The notes under the pieces: generated by a model
Seen by the model: only the letters and a program-made list of their open reading frames with translations
Told to the model about the DNA's origin: nothing
The model's database searches: none
Part shown: piece after piece, positions 18,601 through 29,300 of the stretch
Layout: every line of letters starts with the position of its first letter
Position numbering within the stretch: the first letter of the stretch is position 1
DNA from: a virus
DNA: 64,000 nucleotides
Reading direction: 5' to 3' (one strand)
Virus record (IMG/VR): IMGVR_UViG_3300031951_000014
Translations under genes and position numbers: made by a program

Positions 18601-19101
18601 ATGAGTGAAGTGAGAAAAGTTGTAGTTAAAGACGCTCCAGAACTGGCCGAAGAAATGGGAGCTCAAGAAGCGTATGTTACGATTGCAGAAGACGAAATGC
18701 AAGCACCTGTTGAAGAGAGCGTCGGTGTAGAAGAGTTGCCAGATGATGAGCACATTTGGCCAAACGGTCCAACAGCAGGCCAAATTAAAGCTTGGAAAAA
18801 AGAATTTGGTGACGTGTATGTCACATCAATTAGCTATGATAAGCATATTGCCTGGAGAACATTGAATCGTCTTGAATATAAGAATCTCTTCAAGAAGATG
18901 GAACAACTTGTTCAGGCTGGTCAACTTAGCCAGTCAGAAGCAAATCTTTGGAACGAAGAAGCAATTGCAGAAACATGCATTCTATTTCCTCAGTATGATA
19001 AGCAATCGCTAATTACTGAGATGGCTGGTCTGCCGTCGCTAATTTCTCAAGAAGTGTTAGAAGCTTCTGGGTTCTTAGCATTAGAAGTAAGACAGCTCTA
19101 A
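18601..19101 (+). CDS. Tail assembly chaperone (putative)
   Basis: IKAWKKEFGDVY...WRTLNRLEY...CILFP...AGLPSLI..EVLEASGF; lies between tube and tape measure. Confidence 0.7.
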   Translation: MSEVRKVVVKDAPELAEEMGAQEAYVTIAEDEMQAPVEESVGVEELPDDEHIWPNGPTAGQIKAWKKEFGDVYVTSISYDKHIAWRTLNRLEYKNLFKKMEQLVQAGQLSQSEANLWNEEAIAETCILFPQYDKQSLITEMAGLPSLISQEVLEASGFLALEVRQL

Positions 19102-19105
19102 TGAC

Positions 19106-19732
19106 ATGGTCAATGCAGAAATATTATATGAACTAAAATTAAAATATGGATCTATTTTTCAGACTTATCTGAAAAAAGATCTTGTAATATTTCGTGAATT
19201 AACCTTTGCTGAATTCGATAAAATAGCTGAACATGAATCACTTGGTGAAAGTTCAGCGGAAATAGAAGATTTAATAATTAAGTCAGCTGTATTATATCCA
19301 GAAGATATCGTTCTGGATCATTATCCAGCTGGCTTAGTTGCTTCTTTGGCGGAAGAAATTCTTCAAGAGTCTGGTTTTGCCTCCCCCGCTAAGGCTAAAA
19401 GAACATTAGATGATAAAAGGGCTCAGGCTGCAGAAGTTAGAAATTTAATGAAAGCCTTTGTTCTGAGTACTATAACTACATATTCTCCTGAGGACTTAGA
19501 TAATTTAACTTATACTAAGTTAGCAGAAAAAGTAGCACTATCAGAAAAAATTATAGAAATAAAACAAAACATTTTAGGTATTGCGCCAACAAATGTAATA
19601 TTGCAACTTATTGATCCTCAAGAAGAAGAAGAAAAGTTTAAGGATAAAGCTGAAAGATACAATAAGTCTAAAAAAGAAGGCGAAGCAAAGTATGAAGATC
19701 CAATTGCTCAAAAACTTTGGGGAATTAGATAA
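19106..19732 (+). CDS. Tail assembly chaperone paralog (putative)
   Basis: LKLKYGSIF...FRELTFAEF...VLYP...AGLVASLAEEILQESGF; paralogous to 18601. Confidence 0.7.
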   Translation: MVNAEILYELKLKYGSIFQTYLKKDLVIFRELTFAEFDKIAEHESLGESSAEIEDLIIKSAVLYPEDIVLDHYPAGLVASLAEEILQESGFASPAKAKRTLDDKRAQAAEVRNLMKAFVLSTITTYSPEDLDNLTYTKLAEKVALSEKIIEIKQNILGIAPTNVILQLIDPQEEEEKFKDKAERYNKSKKEGEAKYEDPIAQKLWGIR

Positions 19733-19749
19733 TAGAAGGGTAGATTGTT

Positions 19750-22700
19750 TTGTTTAGAGACAAAACACCGTTAGTCAACTTAGGCTATGGTCTCACGTCC
19801 CGTGACGTACCAGCAAGTTCTAATGAAGAAAAAAACCCTAACCCAAACAGCGGATACATATCTCGTGCGTTAAATGATAAGCCGATTCTTAAATACATAA
19901 CAACTACAGCTGCAACATTAGCTGGAACTTATGCCGCGTCAAAGCTTTTAAGTAAGGGTGGCATTAAACTTGCGAAAACAATACAGAGGTCTGCAGATAG
20001 TGGGTCTCATCTAGGTAGGACTTTTGTCCAAAATGCAGCACAAATAAGAAAAACCTTAGATGAACTTGAGGGTGTAAATAGATATGTTGAAGGTTTTGAG
20101 GATCCTTATAGCAGATTAATATATCAAGCAGCAGATGGAAAAACAATAAGGCCACAGCTGACAAGATTGACTGGTCCAGAATTTGTTTCCGATGGAACAA
20201 TGTGGATGACAAGAAGAGAGTTTCAAGCCTCACGAGCAGGTCGTCAACCGGTAGCTGAATGGGCTTTTAGAGATCAATTGCAGAGCAACCTTGCAAGAGG
20301 TGCAAGAAATCTACCGCTTACTTTACCAGCAACATACATTGTACAAAGAGGTTTAACAGATCCATTATTTGGAAACTCTGAAGATAGACCTAGAACAAAA
20401 TGGTATAACCCTGTTGATGTTGTCACTGATTTTGTTAAGCAGTCAACACTAAATATAACGAGCATACTACTTCCAGAGTCAGTTGCTGGAGCGGGAATAA
20501 AGAGGATAAAACAATTATCTGATGCACCGTATCAAGATTTTCCACTGCCACTAAGTAGAAATCAGCTTAAAACAGCAAATAAAGTAGCAGATCTAAAAAC
20601 TATTTTAATGTCATTTGGACAAGATAGTGAAAAGATAATACAACAAGCTACAAGAATTAGCAGTTCAGCATCCTATGCATTTAACGCTTCATTCCAAGAA
20701 GCTCAAAGAAGAGAAGGTGGAGTTGTTTTTGCACTACACCAGGCAAGAAGAGGAGCAGCTGCAGCCAGAGCAGCTTCTGAGCTTTCTGGAGAAGGAAAAC
20801 TTGCAAGAGCTACAAAAACAGCTAGAGGCTATCTATTTGGCTATGCAAATAATTCTGATACAAGTCTTGATATTCCGCTCTATGGAGAATTCAAAGCAGG
20901 AGAAAAAACACTCGGGTTTATAGACACAATACCAACATTAAGAGGCTTAACAACTGGCTCTAGAACATATCGTCAACAATATAAAACAGCAAAGAACGCT
21001 TATGATGTTATATCTGGGGCCCTTTCATATGATGAGGCACTGAGAAGATCTACTGGAGATACAACCACTGCTGCAGATATTTTAACAAAAACAATTCAAA
21101 ATATCAAAAAACAACATACAAGTAGATTTTCTAATCTAGTCTACTCGTCATTAAACGCTAAATCCATGGTTGATGGTGATAGTGATTTAACAAAAGCTGG
21201 ACAATTTACCAGAGAATTTGAAAATGAAGCGTATGCTAGATCTATACAAGAGTCTTTAGTTAGACGAGGGATAAATGATGAAGCTGCATTAGACTTTGTC
21301 GGCCAAATGAAGATAAGAAGACTTCTAACTCCTTTTGACAGAAATAGAAGTATCTCTGAAAGAATTACATTTGGAATTAAAAAGATAAATGTAGGGACAG
21401 ATGATGCATTCTTTGCGGCAATAAATGAAAGAGCTAAAAAAGATTTAGGTAAAAAAGCAGAAAACTTTACTGCTGAAATACTTAAGTCATCATTTAGAGA
21501 AGCAGACTCAGCATTTACAACTCAATCATATAGAGCTCTTTTAAGGGAAAGGGCAGAACTAGCTTATAAAGATATAGAAAAAAATATCATAATACAGCAT
21601 GCAAACGCAATAAGTAGGCCACAAAAAGCTCTGTACGAAGATTTTACTGGAGCAATAACTCCTCAAAAAATGAGTTTTCTTTCAAGAAAAGCAGCTCAAA
21701 AACTTGGAATACAATTAGTTAATTCAGATGGATCATACACCTCAGACAATTTCATTGCTGCTCAGTTAGCTAAAAGAGGAATAAATGCAGACGATGCCTC
21801 ACAGCTAAAAGGATTCTTAATTGATAATAAATTAATGACACCAGCGTCTAGTGTTGGTGGATTTAATATTTTTGGCTTAAGAGAAATATCAATTGACAAA
21901 GCATTTGATAAAGGAATTTTTGAAGCATTTGATGATAAGAGTAGGGCAGAGGCTAGAAGAGTATTTGGCCAAGTTGCAATGCAAGATCCAGTTTCTAGAA
22001 CAATTGGATATTCTGCACTTACTGGAGTTTACGAAAACGCAGCTGGAAGAATAGTTGATACAACCAGAATGAGATCTGGTTTTATGAGCTTTATGGATAC
22101 TCTTACTGAGGGCTACGGAATACCAGTAGTTAAATTTAATCCTTTACAACTTCTTGGTTTTGGTGGCCCCAAAGGTGTTTCTAGAGATACGGAAATACAA
22201 TTCTTAAGAGGGACAGCAAGACAAGATTTTATAGCTGATTCCGTAGATAGACCAGAGGTTTATGCGTGGGTTAATCAGAGATCTGGTTTATTTGGAAACG
22301 TAGGAAAATTATTTGGCATTACTGCTACAGAGGGTGGCGCTTCAATTGATGAAGCAGCTGGTTTGTATAAGAGATTTTCTTCGACTGAAACCGATCTTTA
22401 TTCAAGAGCAGCAAGATTGGCGTCGGGTAGAGAACAGGAAAGGTCTTCTGTTATAGCTGGAGAACCAGTTGGAAGATTAGAAAGAATCAGATCTTTATTT
22501 GATGTAGATGAAGAGCAACCAAGTTCTTTGTTTAGAAAACTTGGAAGATTTGCAAGAAGAAAGTCAGATATACAAAACCCAGTTGTATTTGGAAAACTTT
22601 TATCTGAAGGGACTATTAGTGTTGGTAGGGGCAAAACTCTAACACTTAATGCTGTTGATGATACTGTAAATATAATAAATGAAGCTGGAGAAGTAGTATT

Positions 22701-25700
22701 TAATGCAGATGAAGTTTCTGGAGCTTTTGAAGCTTTTAGACAACAAACATCAAGAAGAGGAACTCCACTAAGAATATTAGATGCGTACCAAGAATCTCTT
22801 AATTTAAGAAGACTAAGCATAAGAGGTGAAGAGGTAGGACTTGCTTCTATAACTGACGAAGACTTACCAGAAGCCGTAAAAAGCCTAGAAAGTATTTACG
22901 AAACCGTAAGCTCATCAATAAAGGCTCGTGGAGGAAACCCTATTGGCTTAACAAGAGCAATGAATTTTGTTAGCAATATGGCAGAAGAAGCTGAGTCTTT
23001 ATCAAGTGATATAATTAAGCATAGATCGCCAACAATCAGCACAAGGCAAGACTATTTAAGAAATGCAATTAATAAAGTACTTATTGAAATAAGTGCATAT
23101 GAAGACTACAGTGCAGATCCTGGTGCGATAGCTTCAAAGTTAGAAGAAGTGCTTCTCAGGCTAAGAAGAACTGGACAAATTTCTCCAGAACAATTATCTG
23201 AAGCAAGAGCAGCAGCACTCGAAAATGTTTTTGACTTAGTTTCTTATCAAAATTATTCACCAAAACTTCAATTTGGTTTAAACCAGCAAAAAGCTTTAAA
23301 TTCTATTATTAATAAAAGAAACGAAAGTGAAGCCTTTGCAAAAGCACTTTCTGGTTTGACTAAACCATTTACAAGTCAAACAATAGCTAACGTTGGTGCA
23401 GGTGGAACTGGAAGATTTACCTCTTTAATTAGACCTTTTTTTAAGAGAAACTTTGGCGTTGCTCCATATGAATTAGCAGATACCGCAGTAAACCCACTAG
23501 GTAATGCTGGTGTAACATTTGTCCCAACATTTTCAACATTGCTCGATAGAGCAGCAGAAGGGCAAACTAGTTTTACAAGAGTTCTTGGTAACGTAGTTGG
23601 TGCAACTAGCTATAGTTCACCAGGTACATTTAGTGCAGCCTCAATACCAGCAATACATCTATCTGACAGAATAAACAGATACTTTGGAACACTGGGTCTA
23701 TCGGTTGATGCTGATAAGTACAGAAGTCCATTAAGTTTCTTTGCTGGTGGCATTGTTGGTAAAAGAGTAGCACCACTTTATATTGGTGGTGCACTAGCTC
23801 TTGGTGCAGACAGAACAATAGGTGGCCTAACTCAAGAAAGAGACGCAAGAGGAGAAAGGGTTTATTCTCCGTTCTTTTTGGGCAAAGCAGCAAGAGGAGC
23901 AGTAGAACTTCAATCAATTGCATCAGGGATAACTCCTGGTGGAATGGGTTATGAAGAAAAGAAAGAACAGCTTCTTGAGGGGGAAGTGCCAGTAAGACAA
24001 GGTAGATATTGGCCGCTTGGCACAACACCATTTGCTGGTGGCAAAGTGCAATATTACAGACCTTCCTATTACAGAAGAATGCAATCTGGAAGCACCTACA
24101 CTTCAGACGCTTTTGGTTCTCCGATTGAAAGACTAGCTTATGGTTATGATTTCTCCCCATTAAGACCATTTGATCCATATAGATTTGAAAGAAAGCAGTA
24201 CTTTGATAGGCCTTATCCAGTAACTGGAGAATACTTTACTGGTCCGTTTGGTCCATTGACTCCAGCACTTAATATGACATTTGGGAGATTGCTAAAACCG
24301 CAAGTCCAAATGCACCAACAAGAAGTTTCGCAAGCATTGTCTCAATATGTTCCAGCAGGTTATGGTGGTGCCTATGATCCATCCGGCTTATTATCTTCTG
24401 GAAGAGTGGCTCCAACTTATGGTGGGGGAATATTTAGTTCTGGAGGAGATCAGTCAGAGCAGTTTAGATCATCTTCTTCAGTAACTGGTTTACAAATAGG
24501 AAGCTACAATAATTCAGTAGCAAGTTCTTACGCACCGTTAAACACAGCTAGAAATATTTCTTTTAATACAATTGCAACTGCAAATCAAGGTTATACACAA
24601 GCTGCGCAATATGGTCCACCCCCAGTGCCAGGCTATATACCACCAGCAATTGCACCAGCTGGTGCTCCAATTAGTGTTTCTTCTCCAGCATTTCAAAAAA
24701 CAGAACTTGGTTACAGAATGCAAGAAATGGCTGGTATTTATGGATTTGGTTTCTCTTCTCTTAGAGAAACATTTGGTTTTGGAAGCGGGGATTTGCAACC
24801 AAATGTATCAGTATTACAATCAGCATCAAAAGCTTATGGATCGACTAGATCTTTCTGGGACTTAAATTTAGGTGGACTTGGTGACGTCCCAGCAGCAGAG
24901 TCAAGTTTAGAACTATCTGAAATAGCAAGAAGATTTGTTCCAAAAGAAAGAACAGATATAACTTACTTGAACCCAATTAGAAATACAATGGGAATGAAAT
25001 ATCCATTTCTTCCTGGGTCAGATTATTTTATAAATTTTAAAACAGGTGATCCATTTACCAAGGTACAAGAAGGAGAATTAAGACTTCCTGGTGTAGCATA
25101 CGAAAGGCTAAACCCACTAAGAAGAGACTATTCAAGTCCAGTAACGCAATTAGATATTTTAGCTGACGTAGCTCCTTACTCAAGGCAGTATAGATCATTA
25201 GATAGAACTCTTAATATGGGTAATTTACAACCCTCAGAAAGAGTTGAAGTACAAAGAATTAGAGCACAAGTTGAGCAAACGACAAAAAGAAATGAATTTA
25301 GTCCTTATAAATATAAGCATGCAACAGCAGAAGAGTTAGGAATAAGTAATGCAGCAAAGATGATTGGTCAAATGGGGGAATATTTTGCCCACAGAGACAC
25401 ATTCATTAATACAAAGTTTTTTCCAAATAGAACTGCTCAAGAAGATTGGGAGAGAAGAAATGTGTATGGCAACTCCTTCCCTGAATGGAGCAGCCCAATT
25501 GAAAGCTTTATTAAGCCAATCTATTATAAGAGCACGCAAAGAAATCCTTTAACAGCAGGTTTAATTACAGCTGGAATAGGAGCACTATTTGGCAGGGGAC
25601 CAAAAGAAAGAGCTTTTGGCGCAATATTTGGCTTGTCTACTGGGATGGCTTTCTCCGCATATGGTAATGCTAAGGAAGCATTTACTGGAGAAAGATTTAT

Positions 25701-26364
25701 TCCAAAAGAACGCAAAAAACAAATGGCTCTTGAAGAATATACAGATATATTATCATATGTAAAAAATAAATCATTAGCCACACAAGCATCTCAAGCTGGA
25801 GATATGGCTTCAGCTAATCAATTTAACCAAGCTGCAAAAAGAACAATGTATGGGGCAGACTTATATGGAAGCTCTGTTGACACTTTGTCTCTGGCAATAC
25901 CAAAGAGAAAGCGTGAACACTTTAGGGAAATGATCAATGCCCCAGTACAAGAAAGGGAGCAAATTCTTTCGACTGCTCCAAGACTTGAAAGAAGAATCTA
26001 TCAAGCAGCTTGGGGAATGCCAGTAGAAGAAAAGCCAGATTTAACAGAATTTTTTTCAAGACATGAACTTCCTGATTTAAGTTGGGAAGGATGGCATCCA
26101 AACACAAATATGGATCATATTAAAATAAAAATGGGCCAGTCTTTAGGCATAAACATGTCTCAAATGGGTTACTATCCACAACAGATACGTGAAGCAAATT
26201 TAACAAATCCAAGTTATCCAGCATTTTCTGCAACTGAAAATCAAGCCGCAGTAGCAGCTAAATTAAGAATGCTGATGTCACGAAATGGGATAAACGGTTC
26301 TGTAATGCCAGTTCAAAATAATAGTGGTCAATCTTCAATAAATATTTCTGCAGGAATCCTATAA
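19750..26364 (+). CDS. Tape-measure-like giant protein, 2204 aa
   Basis: Follows the chaperones; Ala/Gly/Arg-rich and helical with hydrophobic Gly-rich segments; TTG start after GAAGGG. Confidence 0.6.
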   Translation: MFRDKTPLVNLGYGLTSRDVPASSNEEKNPNPNSGYISRALNDKPILKYITTTAATLAGTYAASKLLSKGGIKLAKTIQRSADSGSHLGRTFVQNAAQIRKTLDELEGVNRYVEGFEDPYSRLIYQAADGKTIRPQLTRLTGPEFVSDGTMWMTRREFQASRAGRQPVAEWAFRDQLQSNLARGARNLPLTLPATYIVQRGLTDPLFGNSEDRPRTKWYNPVDVVTDFVKQSTLNITSILLPESVAGAGIKRIKQLSDAPYQDFPLPLSRNQLKTANKVADLKTILMSFGQDSEKIIQQATRISSSASYAFNASFQEAQRREGGVVFALHQARRGAAAARAASELSGEGKLARATKTARGYLFGYANNSDTSLDIPLYGEFKAGEKTLGFIDTIPTLRGLTTGSRTYRQQYKTAKNAYDVISGALSYDEALRRSTGDTTTAADILTKTIQNIKKQHTSRFSNLVYSSLNAKSMVDGDSDLTKAGQFTREFENEAYARSIQESLVRRGINDEAALDFVGQMKIRRLLTPFDRNRSISERITFGIKKINVGTDDAFFAAINERAKKDLGKKAENFTAEILKSSFREADSAFTTQSYRALLRERAELAYKDIEKNIIIQHANAISRPQKALYEDFTGAITPQKMSFLSRKAAQKLGIQLVNSDGSYTSDNFIAAQLAKRGINADDASQLKGFLIDNKLMTPASSVGGFNIFGLREISIDKAFDKGIFEAFDDKSRAEARRVFGQVAMQDPVSRTIGYSALTGVYENAAGRIVDTTRMRSGFMSFMDTLTEGYGIPVVKFNPLQLLGFGGPKGVSRDTEIQFLRGTARQDFIADSVDRPEVYAWVNQRSGLFGNVGKLFGITATEGGASIDEAAGLYKRFSSTETDLYSRAARLASGREQERSSVIAGEPVGRLERIRSLFDVDEEQPSSLFRKLGRFARRKSDIQNPVVFGKLLSEGTISVGRGKTLTLNAVDDTVNIINEAGEVVFNADEVSGAFEAFRQQTSRRGTPLRILDAYQESLNLRRLSIRGEEVGLASITDEDLPEAVKSLESIYETVSSSIKARGGNPIGLTRAMNFVSNMAEEAESLSSDIIKHRSPTISTRQDYLRNAINKVLIEISAYEDYSADPGAIASKLEEVLLRLRRTGQISPEQLSEARAAALENVFDLVSYQNYSPKLQFGLNQQKALNSIINKRNESEAFAKALSGLTKPFTSQTIANVGAGGTGRFTSLIRPFFKRNFGVAPYELADTAVNPLGNAGVTFVPTFSTLLDRAAEGQTSFTRVLGNVVGATSYSSPGTFSAASIPAIHLSDRINRYFGTLGLSVDADKYRSPLSFFAGGIVGKRVAPLYIGGALALGADRTIGGLTQERDARGERVYSPFFLGKAARGAVELQSIASGITPGGMGYEEKKEQLLEGEVPVRQGRYWPLGTTPFAGGKVQYYRPSYYRRMQSGSTYTSDAFGSPIERLAYGYDFSPLRPFDPYRFERKQYFDRPYPVTGEYFTGPFGPLTPALNMTFGRLLKPQVQMHQQEVSQALSQYVPAGYGGAYDPSGLLSSGRVAPTYGGGIFSSGGDQSEQFRSSSSVTGLQIGSYNNSVASSYAPLNTARNISFNTIATANQGYTQAAQYGPPPVPGYIPPAIAPAGAPISVSSPAFQKTELGYRMQEMAGIYGFGFSSLRETFGFGSGDLQPNVSVLQSASKAYGSTRSFWDLNLGGLGDVPAAESSLELSEIARRFVPKERTDITYLNPIRNTMGMKYPFLPGSDYFINFKTGDPFTKVQEGELRLPGVAYERLNPLRRDYSSPVTQLDILADVAPYSRQYRSLDRTLNMGNLQPSERVEVQRIRAQVEQTTKRNEFSPYKYKHATAEELGISNAAKMIGQMGEYFAHRDTFINTKFFPNRTAQEDWERRNVYGNSFPEWSSPIESFIKPIYYKSTQRNPLTAGLITAGIGALFGRGPKERAFGAIFGLSTGMAFSAYGNAKEAFTGERFIPKERKKQMALEEYTDILSYVKNKSLATQASQAGDMASANQFNQAAKRTMYGADLYGSSVDTLSLAIPKRKREHFREMINAPVQEREQILSTAPRLERRIYQAAWGMPVEEKPDLTEFFSRHELPDLSWEGWHPNTNMDHIKIKMGQSLGINMSQMGYYPQQIREANLTNPSYPAFSATENQAAVAAKLRMLMSRNGINGSVMPVQNNSGQSSINISAGIL

Positions 26365-26365
26365 C

Positions 26366-29300
26366 ATGATAAACGATAGAGTAAAAGCTATAAGAATAGT
26401 TTTTCAAAGAGATCCAACATACGCAATGTATACAGTTTTGGATGATGGGAGTATACGTAATAAATTAACTGGGACAACCTACTCAGGAGAAAATGCGTTA
26501 GACACAGCAATCGCAGCAACAAGGAAGATTCCATTATCTGATATTAGAAGATTTGGTCCAAGTATATCCGCAGCAGAAGGTAAAATAGGTGGAGACGTAA
26601 TTAAGAACCAGGTTGATGCAGTAAATAGATATTTACTAGGAGCAAGAGATGAACAACTTAGAGCAAGCGGACTTGGAAGATTAATTGGAAAACAAATAGA
26701 CGCAACATACTTGTTATTTAATTTTCAAAGCAATGAAAACCTTCTTGCAACAGTATTAGATCCATCTTCAGAATACGGAAGATTCCCTGGATTCACTAAC
26801 TTAACTGATGAAGGAATCCAAAGATTAAGTTTTGGAATATCTGGAGAAGGTAGTCCACTTTCTGTTGTAGAGCAAACTATTTTAAGATCTTTAGCTGGAG
26901 CAAGTTCATTAAGACCAAGTTTTGTTGAAGAGTTTTATAAAAAAATAGGAGCAGCAACAAGAGGGGAAGCTGGAGCATTAGAAAAAATAGGCCGCGATGC
27001 AGCTAAGATACCAAAAAGATTTTCTTCAGAAATTGCACCAAGAGATGTATCCTTTGGAGAAGAAGAATTAGACAGAATCTTAAGAGCAATGTCTAGTGGC
27101 AGAGGAGCAAGGGCTCAACTGGCGATTATCCATGATAGAACTGATCTTTTATTGCGAGCAGCAGCAGGTCAAAAAATTGAAGGTCTTCAAGCATTTATAC
27201 TGGCAGCACATGGTGGACAGATAAGAAAAGGAACCTTTTTAGGAAGCTCTGAAGCAATGGGTATTTTAGCAAGAGTTTCTGGTATATCTGGAGCAGATCC
27301 AACAGAATTATTAGATGATCCAGATGATTTATATGGTTTATTAAAGCAGCAGATTGAAGAAGCTGGCAGAATGTATGCAACAGAAACAGCTGCCGGTAGA
27401 AGTCCAAGCATGCTAAATATCTTACAACAGAATGCAGAAACATTATTGGGCACATCACCAGAAGATCCTAGGATGATTCGTTATAGTCAACTTATTGGTA
27501 GATTAGAAGGAAACTTAGAAACGTTTTCAGATGGTTCGTACACTATAACCGAAAATTTTGCAGAACGTGCCTTAACCGAAAAAGAAAATCAAATAAAATC
27601 TGTAAAAGAATTATATTCTTCATCTGGTCCACTGACTATTGAGCAGATGGAAGAGATAAGAAAACTTGAATTAGAGTATGATTCTTTAAATGAAGCTTTA
27701 AGAAATAAAGATCTTGGCAGAGATCCAGCAAGAATTGGACTTGGTTATGGTTCATTAAAGGGTGAAGCTGGAATAAAATCTTTTGAAGATTTTACCGGAT
27801 ACTCAATAAAAGAAGTTAGGGGTCTTGAAAAAAGAAGAGCAAAACTTCTTAGAATAAGAGCTAGTCGAAAACTAGTTGATGCAGAAAGAGAAGAGCTTGA
27901 TAAGCTTAATGATGGGTTTTTAGATCAATTAATAAAAGCTCGTAGTGAGTATATGGGCGCTGGTGCTATAGCAGATGTATCAGCTCTTAAAAAAGAAACA
28001 GGTGAAACAAGATATCTTGCGATGAACATCGCAAAAAGTCACAAAAAAGATGTTTACGAAGAACCAATGCAGCTGCTAACTGACCCAACTTCATACACTG
28101 ATCCAGATTACATAGCTAGGCAAGAAGCCGTGACCAAAAGGGTTATTGGTCAAATATCTTCTTTTAGGCGAACAGGAGAAATGCCCCAAGAAGTTATGGA
28201 CCAGTTAATGAAAGAGGGCAGAGAAATTGGCATTGATACTAGTGATCCACTATTTCGACGGAGGAAAAGTCGCTGGTGTTGATTTTGGTTTATTAAGCCC
28301 AGAGGCTCAAGGTCTAGCAATTAGAAGAAGAAGAGAAATACAGGAAATTATTACACAACTAAGAATGAATACTGACCCAAGACAAATACCAGGACTTGTA
28401 AATAGAGTAGTTAATTTTTATAGTATGCAAGCATTTACTACTAAGGGTGATATTCCGACTTCAATTATCCCAGATGCTGCTAGGTATGATATTGAAACAT
28501 TTGTAAGCGGTGGGATAAGAGTCCCTGGAACCACTGAAACTGGACATGAATTTATTGATATAATGACAAAAGCTGGCAAAAAAGAAAAAGCAACATTTGC
28601 GCAGTTTTCAATTAGAGGCGACAGAATGTTAGTAAGTGAAGAAGTTGCGGCTCTATACAAAGCTTCTTTAGGTACCTTTGACTTAGACGACAAAGGTATA
28701 CCAATAATGAAAACATTTAAAGATGAAAATGGTAAAACCAGAATTGCTTTTACAACTCTTAGAGATCCTAAAGGTTATGAAGAGTTTATATATATGAGAG
28801 CAAACTTAAATCACGCAGAAACATTGCAAGGAATCTTAGGCAAAAAAGTAGAAACTATAAATGAAGTCCAAGAAATGCTTGGACAAGATAGCTTTATAGA
28901 AAAAGTTATGGCTGAAGCTGGAACCGATAGGGCAACTGCAGAAAAAGTTTTTCAAAGAATGAAAACTGTTTTACATCAAAAAGGTGGCAAATTTACTTAT
29001 AAATCCTCTTTGAAAGAAGGAGCTCTTAGTGCAAACGCACTGTTTGATGAATCTGATTTGTTAACAGTAGAAACTGTTTTAAGATTAGCAAAACAACAAC
29101 TCTTAAATGGCGCAGAACTTCCATCCCTACAATCTGCAAGTCAAATAGATATTTTTGAAGAAACTGCAAGACGCAGAAGTGCTTCCACAACAGGACGAAA
29201 TGCCCTTGTTATGCAAGACGGAGTGCTTAGAACAGCTCAAATGGCAGAAAATTTAGAAGCTGAAAAAGGAGCAAAATACTTTAATAAAAGTTTTGTTACT

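Noticed and set aside
19080-19110. Lambda G/GT-type frameshift between the tail chaperones
   Set aside because: No slippery heptamer or CGG is present. The second gene has its own ATG and is a full paralog.
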